Translations under genes and position numbers: made by a program | The notes under the pieces: model-generated | Seen by the model: the letters and a program-made list of their open reading frames with translations, nothing else | Databases searched by the model: none | What the model was told of the DNA's origin: nothing | Shown: positions 11,401-23,824 of the stretch, piece by piece | Layout: every line of letters begins with the position of its first letter | Position numbering within the stretch: the stretch's first letter is position 1 | NCBI GenBank assembly: GCA_965202585.1 | Contig: OZ241827.1 | Location: forward strand, 55,180,001-55,244,000 | Source: Thalia democratica | Taxonomy: Eukaryota | DNA: 64,000 nucleotides | Direction of reading: 5' to 3'

Positions 11401-14400
11401 ATACAATGTTATTTTTGGTAAAAAAAAATGTCGGATCCCCCCTATGCCCTTAATTTAATCAAACAAATCTTATATAGTTTTTCGATTTGTAAATGTACAT
11501 TAAATAAGTTTTTAGATGTTGATTGTTATATGCTGTTTAAAGAATTTTAATTTGTCTCTTAAGTTCTTCTAATGTTATTTGAAATTAAGTGGTGGTACAA
11601 TTATTAACTTAATTTTGTATGGTAAACTTTTATTGTAATACTATTTAAGCTCGTAGTCTATCATTAAATTGTCGATGAAAATATAGAAACTATTCAAAAT
11701 AACTTTTGAAGGAGTGTTATTTAGCTAAGTGTTCATGTTTTTGTGGTTAGAAATGTTGTAAAAATTTTTTATGAAGAAATAAAAGTTAAAAAAAAAGTTT
11801 ATTCTTAACTTTGAAAAAGTTTACACAGATATGTTGCTTCACTTTATATAATGGTATTAATTTCAAATAAACGTTTCTACAACATTTATACAGTCAATTT
11901 GTATGCGAAGTCAAAAAAGTATACTATTATATATAGTAGCTACATTTAACTCCTTATAGTAGCTGACTAAAATAGTAGCTGACGTTTGATTCAATATTTA
12001 CGTTTTATTTTCTATATTATAAATATTTGCAATAAGTAAGTTAAAGACAAGCTTTTTAAAAAGTATGAATGTTTAATATTTCATATGAATGTTTTCACTT
12101 TGTTTCAAACAATCACTAGTTTTTTATTTCTTTTTTTTCTTTCATTTTTTATTTTTTCATAAAACTTTTTAGCCGCTTAAAAAATCTGAAATAAGATAGT
12201 TGAAATAATGAATAAGTAATAAATAATAAATAAGTAGATAATATCAAGTTATAACTTGTTATAAAATATTTTTCATAATATTATTAGCAAGCTATAAAAT
12301 GTTTTAAGCTTAAAATAACTACTTATAAAAAAAATAGTAAAAAACAAAAGGCTATTTATATGAATTAAAACCCAGTACTATTTACTTATATAAAGTAAAA
12401 CCCAATACTATTATATATGTACATAAATATTAAAACCATTTCTTATACAGAAATTTTTTACTTAGTTACAATAGCTTAATTTCATTTAGTTTTCACTGAT
12501 TTTTTACTGCGTATTTTTTATAAGCTTTTGATTTAAAAATTTATAAAAAATTATGCACGTATTATATTTATGTACTTATCTTCAGGAATGCAAGAGTAAA
12601 ACGTATTTTTCAGTCGAGTTATTTTGTAGTTCGTTTTCAAATTCCTGATCAAAATTTTGATATAATTACAAATATGTTTCTTGCAACAGAGACAACATTG
12701 ACGATGATGAACTGGATACGTGTGCGGCAAACGACATTGAAAACGTTTCCACCGACAAACTCATGAACGAATCTGGTATGTTGCATTACAAACAAGTTTG
12801 ATATAACTAGTTGTAGTTTGTAACTTATATAGTGTTTTTTAATAAAAAGTTTTTAATTTTCTTTTCTTGTGATAATCTTGCTAACTTAGAACAGTTTGTA
12901 AAGGAATAAACTCTTAAAACTTTTGTCTTAATCTATACGTTTTTCAAAAAATATGTAAGCTTGTTTGTTCGAATATCTAAATTTATATCGCTATTAGTTT
13001 AAACAATTTGCAGTAATTTTTTGAGTTAATTTAGATCATCGATCAACTTACGTTTCATAATTTTCAGGAAAAGTTCAGTTCGTGATTGATTTGCTGGAGC
13101 TTTTGAGGAGAAAGAAGCATAGAACAGCGGTTTTTTCAAGTTCCAGAAAAATTTTGAACATCATCCACAGAATTTTGGCCGTGAAGAACTTCAAGGTTTG
13201 AAAAGCTTCATAATTTTTTAAACCTTTAACAGTTCTGAACATGAAGCTATCTATGCACTTAATGTTGTGTGAAATTATCTACGGTTACTTTATACTCAAA
13301 TCGAAATAGTTAAAAAAATTATTGCTAGAAGCCGTGTTTTACTTCACAATCCAATTAAGTTGTTAAATGATTTTGCAGATAATGCGTTTGGACGGAAGGG
13401 TTACGAAAATTGAAGACCGGCAAATGCGGGTGAACAAGTTTCAAACCGACGAATCTTACAACGTGTTTCTCCTAACCATACAGGTAATAAATTGTTAAAA
13501 AAAATATTTTTATCTGAATAAAAATATGTTATTTAAATTACCACAGATGTTTTTGTGCTAAAACTTTATTCCGACTAACGGCGTTTCACTGCTCTCAAAT
13601 AAGTTTAAGAACAGATCTACGGAGTCTATAAAGTATTAACACACATTAGAAAAAAAAACATGTATAATTATGTATAATGTTTATGTGAGGAGTAACTATA
13701 AACGAACTTTATGGTTTAAAAACAAAGTTTTGAATAAAAACATTAAAATATAAAATTGTCTGCAAAAATTACAAATTTAATAAAAGCATATACTAACCCC
13801 AAAAAAGCTCTAAGATTATTTAAAAAATTATACGTCCTAGCTTTTTTTTTTATTGTGACTGGTTTGTTTTGAATTGTTTGAAAACGTCAAATTTTTTCTC
13901 ACCGAAACCGGTCACAAATAACTATTCATTCTAACTATACAGGTAATAAATTGTTATAAAATGTATTTTTGCCTGAGCACAAAAAGTCCAAGTAAATTTT
14001 TAGTCTTGTACAAATTAAATTCCTCATGAAAGTTTCTTAAAATCATCTCAAGCTTTGCACGTGGTGTTTTTATGATGTTATCTATTAATTAAGAATTGTA
14101 GAGCCGAAAACTCAAATGTATCATTTTTGATAAACACCCTAACATACAGTTTAATCTTGTTTATTCAGGCAGTAGGATTTGGTTTGACTCATTAGTAAAC
14201 TTACATTGTTTGTTTTCAAAGACTTGGTTATTAAAATAAAAATCACTTAAAATATACTAACCAGTGTTTTGATATTTGCTAAGCGTTGAAAGTCTTTTAA
14301 ATTAACAAAACAACCCTGTTGTGAAATTTATTCAGCTTTTGTTGATCAGTTTAAATTGGAAAAAAAAAAACTCGCAACTTCAGCAACATATTCCTCTCAA

Positions 14401-17400
14401 TGTCATGTGGTAGAAGTCGGTTTTCCGCTCTAGTAGACTTACAAAGTTTTAAAATTATTTGTGTTCATCAGATCAAGTATTATCTACCAGCTTCAACAAA
14501 GTATTTAATGCAGGTGGGAGGAGTGGGTTTGACGCTGACAGGCGCCGACAGAGCGATCATATTCGACCCCGGGTGGAACCCGAGCACCGACAATCAGGCC
14601 GTCGACAGAATCTACAGGATCGGGCAGGAAAAGTTTGTTCAAATAATTAATACGTAATGTGTTGTTGTTAAGACTGTGTTGTCTGTTATAGTATTATTAG
14701 TTTATATAATATATAATTTATAATTAAATTGTGCTAACATTAAATCACTATATGTATTGATATTAAAAGTGTATAGTTTTCTTTTTTGCCTTTTTAGTAT
14801 GGTTGTATAAGTTTTAAACTATAAAAAATTATTTGGCTCCAATTACTCAAAGTAAACAAACGCAATATAAAACATATCTTCCAGGGACTAGTAGTGTAAT
14901 TAAAAAATATTAAAAACATAAAGTTTTTATTTCCTAGGGAAGTGATAGTGTACAGACTGATAACATGCGGTACAGTGGAAGAAGCTGTTTACAGAAAGCA
15001 AGTTTACAAGTCTTCCATCATAAAGCAAACCGTTGAAAAGAGCGAAGACCCGTTTAGGTTTTATATAATTTGTTTATAGTAGTTCCAAAAAAATCAAGTT
15101 TATATGAGTGGCTTTTGTTTTTCATTCTGTTTTGAGCTGTGTGTTTTATTTCGATACCATCCAGTGTCAAGCAATTGCAACAGTGTAATGTTGACCAGGA
15201 ATTTTGAATATTAAATAGATTTTAAAAGAAAAAAATCACAGATACTTCAAGAACGAGGAGCTGAAGGAGTTGTTCAAGCTGGAAGACACGAGCTGCTCGA
15301 AGACGCAGATGCAGCTGGAGCAGGAGCACTCGCGTCAGAGGGACTGGAGCAATTATGTGGTGCAGCATGTTGACGAAATAAAAAAATTAAGTCAGTAATC
15401 AACTTTTTTATTCAAATTTTTGTTGCTTTGATATACGGTAACCTGCCGGTTGGGTGAGCACTTTTTTGGCCAAAAACGCTGTGCTTTTTAAACTTTAAGA
15501 AGAATAACCTGAAACGAATTTTACAAAAATATTAGTTTTAGACTAAGTTTTCTATTGTAAAGTTAAAAATATTGTTTGTTTAGCATGTTGGTAAAATTAA
15601 ATTTCAGCTGACTGAAATCTTCCAGTTTTTCAGTTTGTTTTTTTTGTTTTTTTGATATACTTGTCCTGAAAACATCAATTTTTTTCCGTTTAACTCTACT
15701 GTTTGAATTTTTTTCAAAACTTGAAAATTACTTTAATGTTCAGGACTATTCGGAATATCTGACAACGGGCTGATGTTTTCAAAGAAAGCCGACGATTTTG
15801 AGGCGACCAGCGAACAGGAAAAACAAGCGATTATACAGCAGGTTGTAATTTGTTGTTCAATATAAATAAAAGTGTTAGTATTTAGTTTATGTAAAATGCA
15901 GCTCAAAACAACCACTAGTTTGCGAACAGAGTTCTGTAGTGCAGAGTTGACAAAAGTAGTTTTATATATTTTTCAGCCTGCATACTAACTAAAGCACTGT
16001 GGTGCTGTATTTTTAACATGTTGTTCAGCCTGTTTACTCAAACACGTTCTGTCAGGTGGCCGCAGCGCAGATAAAAATGAAGCAGGAGTCGCAGATGGAG
16101 ATGAAGATGGACGAGAGGTGGGGAAAGCAGGTGGGTGCCAAGACCAGGCAAGTCACTGAAAAGAAAAAAGTCGACAACAAAGAACGTTTGAAATAAATTA
16201 ATTTAAAATAGCTGCAATATTGTTGTAAAGGTTTTATTTTTTATGAATTAATGTGTAGGTGGAAATAAATGTTTAAGATCATCAGTTAGCTTTTAATGCC
16301 TTCCGGTATTTTTCGTTTACAACTACTGAGCTTCTGATAAAAATAAAGTAGGAGTAAACTGTTAAACACGACTCTAGTTATAAAACCTACATCAGTTTTT
16401 TTTCTGATTTTGTTTAAGAAACAAATTCTCATGCCAGCCATCTACGAAGTTGACGGCCTGGAAATGATCGGCAGCACCAGAGTCAGGCCCAGTCCTTCCA
16501 AGTATCCCTCCATAGTCATCGACGAGGACGAGCCAAATGAAAAAAGCGCCAGTTTGTCGCAGCTGAAAATCGAGGAGAGCGTCGACATTTCGGACGTCAG
16601 CTCGAAAAACCTTCGCAGTGACGTCATAACCGAGTCGATCGTCATCGACGATTCGGATGACGAAAGAGTTTGTTTTTGCAAAATATTTTATTTCGTTTTT
16701 TTTTGTTGTGTATTCAAAAGGGTTGCCACAAAACATGAAATCCTGGAAAAACCTAGAATTTTAAACAATTTTGCATTTTTTTGCATTAAGTTTTTAATTT
16801 TGTTCAGTAGATAAAATTTTGATTTGACACCAAAAGTCTATCATAAAGATAAAAAATTATTGTCACCATAAAAATGTTTTTTTATTGAAAAACACATTTA
16901 AAGTAGCTTACAGTATCTTTGCAATGTTGTTATACTACTTAACATAGTTTTTAACCATAAACTTAACTTTTAACTAAAAATAGGCCCAAAAACGTGTACT
17001 TTCAAAAACCTGAAAGAAATTTCTCAAAAACCGATGGTAACTCTATTTTAAGCAAATTTAGAAATGCATTTTGTTTGGCATTAGTTAATTTTTCTTATAA
17101 AGACCTTACTCAACATTTAAACTTTTGCATTAGGAAAATGTACTTAATTTTTGTTTTAAGTGAAATTTATCAAGGTTTACTTCCAACTTAGTTTTATATA
17201 TAATAGTTTATTTAAATTTAACAGATGAACGAATCAGTAAAGAAGCCTTCCTTTGTTGATTTAACACATGTTAGTCTGCTTGTTTTGATTTTAACCTCTG
17301 CTAGAATTGTGTTAGCTAATTAATCTTAATAAAAAAACTTAACCATAACGCTCTTAAAGAACTTAATTAACGAGATATAACCTTATTTGACTATACTTTG

Positions 17401-20400
17401 TCTGTTTATTATGAAGCAAATTCAAATTAAGTATTTTTGTAGACAATTATATTGATTTTTTTAAAGTGTAGTTGTATCTATATATTCTAACCTTACGTTG
17501 TATTAATTGTTTCGTTATTTTAATTTTTTGCGCATAACATAGTTATAAAAGTTAAAGCTATAAAATAATTTTGAAGGACGATGACGATGAATCCATAGTG
17601 AAACCGGTGAAAAATAAAAGAAGAAACAACCATTTGATGAGCGATGATGATGATGATGAAGAAGATTTTGGTGTATCAAAGGTTATTTATCTTTTCTTGA
17701 AATGTTTTATTAATTTGATTTCACTTTCGAATCCAATCAATATACAACGCTTCAGTTGCATTTTTAATTTGTTTAAACTACGCTTGATAAACTTTTCTGT
17801 TTAACTAGAATAGATTTTTGTAATTGCTCGTCTTTAAATATACCGCTGTGAAGTAAAACAAACAAATAATTTTAGATGGACATATCAGCTTTGTCACTGG
17901 ACGACAAAAAAGTTTAAAAATAAGTTTTGCATGCTAGTTGGTGTTTAGGTGTTACTAACAATTGTTTTTTTGTTTGCTGTTAGCACTATAATATTAGTTT
18001 TTTTTTTGAAAAACTATTAGTTTTAGATGAGTAGAAATTGAAACAGTAACATTTTGCTTGTCGTTTAATTTAAGCTGTTTTTGTTCGATAAAAAAGATAT
18101 TAAGATTTTTTGAATAGAAAATTTGGTATTAACTATAAAGTTTTATTTTTTTTTTGTTACAAAAGTTTTAGTAAACTTCTAGTAGCGTAATTTTTCAAAT
18201 TACATTAAAAAGTTTTTGGTTGTATCTAATATAGTAGTTATTAGTTGATTATTTTTTAAAGATTAATAGAAAGATGTATTAAATAAGTTTTATAAAATTA
18301 AGTTAACTAGTACAGTTTATTTTTGTGTAAATAGGGTAAAAGTGATTAAAATAAAGTTTAATTTAAGGTCCCTGGATTTTTCAGTCAAAATTTCAAAATA
18401 GTTTATCCTAATCATTAAACCTATTTGCAAACTCCACAGAGTTATAAACCAAAAAAAAAACTGGGCATTCTAGATAACTAACTTTATATCTATTAAAAAA
18501 AACTTCCTAAGATGTATTTTTATTATATTTTTATTATAAACAAATTAAGCAATCTAGAAACTAAGAAATAAAGCTAAAAAAATGTGAGAGGTAACAAATA
18601 TATATCCACTTTTTAATTTTACTTATAGTATTTTCTGTGCACAATTTGAGGAACACTGTTCTACATAACAATTTTTATTTTCACGCTTCCAAAGCATGGC
18701 GAAGTTAATTTTTTTTCAATCTTAGTAATCTTTAAAACAGTAATTGTGCTGAGAAATGCTTAATTTGAATTTCAATTAATCAATAGAATTGTTATTTTAA
18801 AACAAGAAAATTTATACTTAATATATAGTTGTTAATGGTAGCATGTTTTAGTTAAAAATGACTGATAATAAATATTTATAACATAAATATTTACATTATT
18901 AGTCGTAACTTACCCTTAAAATTTCCAAAAGTTAGCAAAACAATTCTAATTAAGTTTATTTTGTTACATATAAACCTTTTTATTTCTTGATAACGGTTTA
19001 ATGCAGTTTCAAAATATCTACAAACTGAAAATTAACTTTACTTTTAAATGTATGTAAAAACAATTCTGGTGCTTATTACAATTTGTTTATTTAATAACAG
19101 AAATTAAAGTCTGAGTTGTTTGAAACTCGCTTCGAAACCAGCCAACAAGTGAATGATGTGAAGTTTGCTTCTAACAACCACCAGGTGAGTGCATGAGTGA
19201 TTAAGTGGCTTTATTTTGTATGAAAATCAACAAGCATCGTTAATTAACACAAGCTAAAAATACTAAAAAAAATGAACACCCATTTGATTGATTAGTTGTA
19301 AATATACATTTTTGAATATCTCAAGTTTGATTGTTATATTGTAAGTGACATTTGGCTTGCACTTTTTCTTCAGCAGCCATCAAACTCTGCATTCATCAAA
19401 AAAGAAGTTGACGAAACAGTGGAAACGATCGATGACGTCACAAAGCGTTTTGGATTTAACATCGATACTGACGCCACTAACACCAATTACGGAGATTCCA
19501 AAGATCTGAATTTTGAAGAAAAGGTTGGTTTGAATTTTCTATAACTTAGAGTTTTAAAACTTAAATAAATTTAAATAGTTCTAAAGAATTCATCAATATA
19601 TTAAAAATTTGGTATCCCATATTATTGTAAAACTTTCAAGTAGTTACCTGTTTTAAACTTCTGCCTGTACAGAATATTTAATTTGACACTTACAGAACTC
19701 CTATGCCAATACGCCGTTGAAGTCAAATATTGACGAAACAGTAGAAATGACGTCAAATATTGACGAAACAATGGAAGTTGATGACGTAAATCTTGAAGTC
19801 GATGACGTAAAGCCTGTCATGACGTCATCGTTGATACAAAGTCCCGCCAACATGCAATCAACGCCAAACGACTCGAAAGTTCGCAACAAGTTTAAAGACT
19901 TGAACACCACTCCGGTACGTTTGAAACTTTTTACAAGCTTATTAAGTTTGTTCCTATGTTTTACACGAAACCTAATTTGTTCAATAAAGAAAGTATCTAT
20001 ATTTTTTTATACAAAATTATATATGATAATAGTTAAAAGTTTAATTATGTATGTATGTATTCTTAAACTTTGGGTTCATGTGTAAACAAAAAAATAGACA
20101 TAACTTTAGATCAGTGTTTCCCAAACTTTTTTTTTTAAAGGTCCCCTTTAGAAAAATTAAAAAAACTTTAGCGCCCTACCACAAGATTTCTCAAAAATCT
20201 ACCATTGAAATCGCCCAAGAACTTTTTTTGTTATTCATCATCAACTCCAGAGTATCTAGTGTAAGTTTCAAATTATGACCTCGTTAGGCACCTTTTCTGC
20301 TCATTGCCCCCAAGGGAGCCACTTGGCCCACTTTTGTAAACCCTGCTTTAGATCTATTCAAAAATATAATATTTTTATATCTTTACAGATTCACACAGAG

Positions 20401-21448
20401 CTTTCAAATTTCAACAAAACGTCCCAGACTCCAACCGGGAACGTTCAGGAAGAAGTCATGTCTTTACAGAAAAGCGCCAATTTCGTCCAATCGTTTCTTT
20501 CTCCCCCTTCTTCCACCGAATCAACGCCAAGTAAAATCCCCGAAAGTTTTCAAAATTCCGAAAACAACCAGAGCGCTTTTCACGGCTCTCTCATACATCA
20601 GTTGATAACTTCAGGTTTTATATTTTGTGCTTCAGTGATTTTTTGATGGATTCATAAACTTTTGTCGTTTAATCTTGCACGTTTTGAACTTTGACTTTTT
20701 TCTATCAAATTATTATTATTTTACTTACGTCGCTTCAAACACGTTCAACTTAATATTTTATTTGAAATATTTAATTTGTACTACTTATAACATTACTTAC
20801 TAATTGCCTCCGGTGACTTTGACAACTTTGCTCTGTTCAAGTATAACTTAAAGATATTTTCTAACACCAACCGACAAACGCCAGGAAGAAACGGGGAAGC
20901 GCCCACGGACGAGACGCAGTTCGCCAGCCACGACTTCGACAGCGACGAAGACAGGGACTTTGTCGACCTCGAAGACGGATCACGTGACCTAGATGACGAA
21001 GATGATCACGTGAGCAGCTCTCAACACCGGGTGGCGGTCACGAGCTACCAAAACTTCTCGGAGAGCGAAGAGGTAAAATGAATAGTTGTTTAGGAATTAT
21101 ATAATATTGTTATTAAGTTAAACTGTTCAAACGTTAAAATTTAAAACGTTGTTGAACGTCAACTGCTGTTTGAAGTATGTATGGAAAAAAGTTTGCATTT
21201 TTAAACGTTTTATTATGCATAAACTTAGATTTCAGAATGAATAGTTCTAAACATCTAAACTCGCACTTTAAAAGCAAATATTTTACAACGTGTGATTTCA
21301 ATTACTTATAATAAATTTTTTGAATTTCAATTTAACTCCAACATTTATTATAACACAACAGGAGGATGATATTCTAGCCGAGGCAATGAAAACGATTACG
21401 GACGACGACGAAACAAATTTGACGTCAGATTCGAATTTTAGTTTGTAA
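2477..21448 (+). CDS. ERCC6L: ERCC6L/PICH-like SNF2-family DNA translocase (about 30 exons)
   Basis: Exons: 2477-2557, (2708-2763 uncertain), 2855-2982, 3632-3764, 3978-4021, 4445-4622, 5978-6168, 6830-7013, 7458-7653, 7978-8108, 8893-8982, 9233-9343, 9772-9950, 12690-12775, 13068-13195, 13379-13483, 14514-14632, 14938-15057, 15242-15390, 15744-15841, 16056-16130 (or 16151), 16419-16667, 17225-17269, 17577-17681, 17876-17911, 19101-19184, 19374-19523, 19696-19914, 20389-20614, 20885-21072, 21362-21448 (TAA). Motifs: PICH-type N-terminal TPR ([21 protein letters not shown]), [99 protein letters not shown]. The acidic low-complexity tail has SIM-like motifs. 5' and tail exons are less certain than the helicase core. 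Confidence 0.9.
7638..7808 (+). repeat. Direct duplication of exon 3' end plus splice donor
   Basis: AGGATCATTTTAACTG|GTAGTTTTGTT (7638-7664) recurs as AGGATCATTTTAACTG|GTAATTTTGTT (7782-7808); 26 of 27 nt identical. Confidence 0.85.
8304..8804. mobile_element. Hammerhead-bearing short repeat element (retrozyme or Penelope-like pLTR fragment) with internal inversion
   Basis: GTTTAACAAAGGG.. occurs at 8304 and 8620 (period 316 bp). Segment 8650-8804 is the reverse complement of the circularly permuted unit (matches 8304-8378 and about 8545-8632). It is GC-richer than the host intron and contains a hammerhead motif. Confidence 0.7.
8359..8401 (-). ncRNA. Minimal type I hammerhead ribozyme motif (degenerate core)
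   Basis: Minus strand reads GACTAA CTGAGTA GTCC-TAATAT-GGAC GAAA CCGG TC TCAGTC: stem I 5/6 pairs, stem II 4 bp with loop, GAAA, palindromic ACCGGT stem III, GUC cleavage triplet. The core is CUGAGUA rather than CUGANGA, so this copy is probably inactive. A 5'-truncated copy lies on the + strand at 8650-8675. Confidence 0.6.
10044..10411 (+). mobile_element. MITE with CAGGGTTGCCA termini (hAT-like), copy 1
   Basis: Perfect 11-bp TIR CAGGGTTGCCA...TGGCAACCCTG; AAACTA directly flanks both ends; internal sequence is shared with the 16718 copy. Confidence 0.7.
10765..11449 (+). mobile_element. Kolobok-type MITE, copy 2
   Basis: GGGCATAGGGGGGGATCC...GGATCCCCCCTATGCCC; flanks TTAT (10761-10764) and TTAA (11450-11453); 685 bp; collinear with copy 1. 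Confidence 0.8.
13472..13975 (+). repeat. Direct duplication of exon 3' end plus donor plus intron start
   Basis: CTAACCATACAG|GTAATAAATTGTTAAAA (from 13472) recurs as CTAACTATACAG|GTAATAAATTGTTATAAA (from 13931), with decaying similarity on both sides. Confidence 0.8.
16718..17045 (+). mobile_element. Degenerate MITE of the CAGGGTTGCCA family, copy 2
   Basis: AGGGTTGCCA at 16719 and degenerate TGGTAACTCT at about 17035-17044; shares internal blocks (..ACAGTATC..CAATGTTGTTATACTA..) with 10044-10411. Confidence 0.6.
19722..19811 (+). repeat. In-frame coding tandem repeats in the ERCC6L tail
   Basis: GTCAAATATTGACGAAACA twice (period 30; SNIDET) and GAAGTYGATGACGTAAA twice (period 21; EVDDV); a related [10 protein letters not shown] block lies in the previous exon at 19407-19440. 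Confidence 0.75.
20112..20345 (+). mobile_element. hAT-type MITE with perfect 8-bp TSD
   Basis: Termini CAGTGTTTCCCAAAC...TTTTGTAAACCCTG; CTTTAGAT at 20104-20111 and 20346-20353. An 8-bp TSD with CAG ends is the hAT signature. Confidence 0.8.
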
Positions 21449-22402
21449 CACAATATACTGCCTCTATGTTGATTGATTTTTACTTGCAAAAACTGCTCGT
21501 TGTTTGGTAAAAAACAACGAAACTGTTTGAACCTTTTTTTTCAGTCGTGAGCTGATGGTTACTGTAAAGTTTTAAATAAGTTACCGGCTCATGGCTTACA
21601 CTTTTGATTTTTTAATTTGAAATTTCACACTTTGAAATATTACTTTATATTTGATTTTTACGAATTAAGTTGTTTTTGAAGCTTCAATGAACTTAAAGTA
21701 CAATGTCTGCTTAATCTTTCTAAAATTTGATATTTTTTTAAAAAGATTTCGGTTCAAAAGCAAGCATTGCTTAAATATGCTAATAACAATATTTAGATGT
21801 ATTTAAAAACTAATTTATGAGCTAGGCTTTGCTAATGTTCGTATATGATTACCGTTTTTTTTTAAACTTAGCCAATAAAATTATCATATTTTAGTTTAAA
21901 CAACTTTGTTTTTTTTAAGAAGAATCAAGAAAAGTGGTTTATCTAAAACACTGCAGAGTATTGAATATTTTAAAACTAAAACTAAATATTTATATATACG
22001 AAATTTTTGATTATAAGTGTTTATTTTCAGCAAGTTTTATAACTTATTCTAATTGATATGTCGTTTTATTATAGAATTAGCTATTTTAATAACTCATGTT
22101 TCTTAGATATACAGGCTGCAATTGAACAATGATTCAGATATGGCTGCAATGATTCGATAAGTATCACGCATCTATATTGTATTTGGAGATAGGTCAAATA
22201 TGAACGAAGACACTTTTGCACAAAGATACTTTTGCACATGTGACAATTTTGCACAGGAGTAAAAATATATATAAAAATAAAAACTAGTAAAAATATAAAT
22301 TACCGACCCAAGAGTTAGGGATAGCAGTGATAGTTAAAAAAAAGAAAATAAAAGCATATAAACAAGAAAATAAAGTTACTAACTAAGGGTAACAGTAAGG
22401 GG

Positions 22403-23824
22403 TAATGATCTACCGGTTCCGGAACTTTTTTCTAAATTAAGATCTGAGCGAATCCGATTCCGGATCTTATTTTTTAATTTGGACCCGGTACTGGATCTAA
22501 TTTTTCAAAATAAGATCCGGTTCCGGATCTATTTTCTAACTTAAGATCCGGCCGGATCCTAGATATTTTATGTAGATTCAATAGAGAACAAACTTGTAAA
22601 ATATAATTGTTATAATACCATTAATTAGTAAAAATTGTTTAATACAAATAATTTTAATAAAAAAACGCAATGTTATTGTCTAAATTTGTATTCTAACACT
22701 ACGATAAAGAACGTTATAAAAAAATCTACTTATATGAAATCTCAGTTTAATTGTTAAATTTCAAGCTAGTATACGACTAAACTTCAATTTTGTATAATGT
22801 AAAAGAAACTAAATGTAACAATGCTTAAAAAAATAACGAACTTAATTTATTTTGATTATGTTAAGCTTTACATTATACCTGTATTTATGAAAGTTTGAAC
22901 TATAAGATGAGCAATAACTTTTTTAGCTTTAACTTGTTTGCAAATATAAAATTAAGTAATTCGATTTTGCTTTTGTTCTTTAAAGTTACCAGGTTTGAAA
23001 AAAACCTTTTAGAACAAACAGAAGGTTGTGGTGTAGAAAGATATCTTCTTGCAAACTTGGCAAGATGTGTTTTTTTTTTGTTTGAGTTCCACCAAGGAAG
23101 ACTTCAGCTTCTTTAACTTCTTGAGCAGGTATATCTTTTAAGGCAAAAAAAGACTTGGTTTCTGTCTCAATCTCTTGATCAACTTAATCTTGTTGCTCAC
23201 TTTCTCGAGTGTTGCACTTGTTTCCGATTTAGATGTAGAAAAGCACGACAAAAACCTTTTGGGAATATCATTTTTAGGTCCATTCGACGGCACTAGAGGA
23301 ACTTGACCACTTTGACCAGTCTCACGAAAACTGTTTATTTTTGCTTCTGATATCAGTAGTCTTAAAACCTTCTGTTTGAGATTAGCAAAGAAAAAGTCGA
23401 TACTGTGGATCAACAGCTGTTGTGAGTAAAAACAAGTCGTTATCATGAAGGTTTATTCGTGTGCTGTTATAAGTAATATGAAATCTTCTTTCAAAATTCT
23501 CTTTAATATTTTCTACTAAGGTTGTAGAACTACCCTGACCTGGTAGACTATAAGCTTTATGATTAAAAAACTTTTTTAGTACTGCTGTATGCGGGATTAC
23601 ACTTGACAGCAATGCGCTTTTGTATAAATTAAGTATTTAAAACACATTGATGTTATTATATAAAACTGAAAGAAGCTGATCGAGGAAAACAAAGTATTTC
23701 CAAACTAACTGGATCCACAACTGGCAAAATCTCAGCTAAGGTCCGGCCGGATCCGGTTCTATTTAAAAAGTTAGGGTTATAAAGCTTATAGCCAGTTCCG
23801 GATCTTGGGTCCGGTAGACCACTA
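22403..23824 (-). mobile_element. Internally deleted hAT DNA transposon
   Basis: Imperfect TIR TAATGATCTACCGG / CCGGTAGACCACTA; degenerate 8-bp TSD GTAAGGGG vs GCTAGGGG; clusters of GATCCGG/CCGGATC subterminal repeats at both ends; transposase remnant inside. Confidence 0.75.
22960..23612 (-). pseudogene. Frameshifted C-terminal fragment of a hAT (ZBED-like) transposase
   Basis: Minus-strand fragments LSSVIPHTAVLKKF...FERRF...LLTTAVDPQYR and, after frameshifts, SLPWWNSNKK-THLAKFARRYLSTPQPSVCSKRFFS. These match the hAT AT.LDPR motif and the C-terminal dimerisation domain consensus (WW...P.LA.LAR.YLS.P.SS..SER.FS). Confidence 0.75.

Noticed and set aside
18362-18921. Another Kolobok-like element starting TTAAGGTCCC
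   Set aside because: No matching inverted end found; TTAAGG and CCTTAA are expected by chance in AT-rich DNA.
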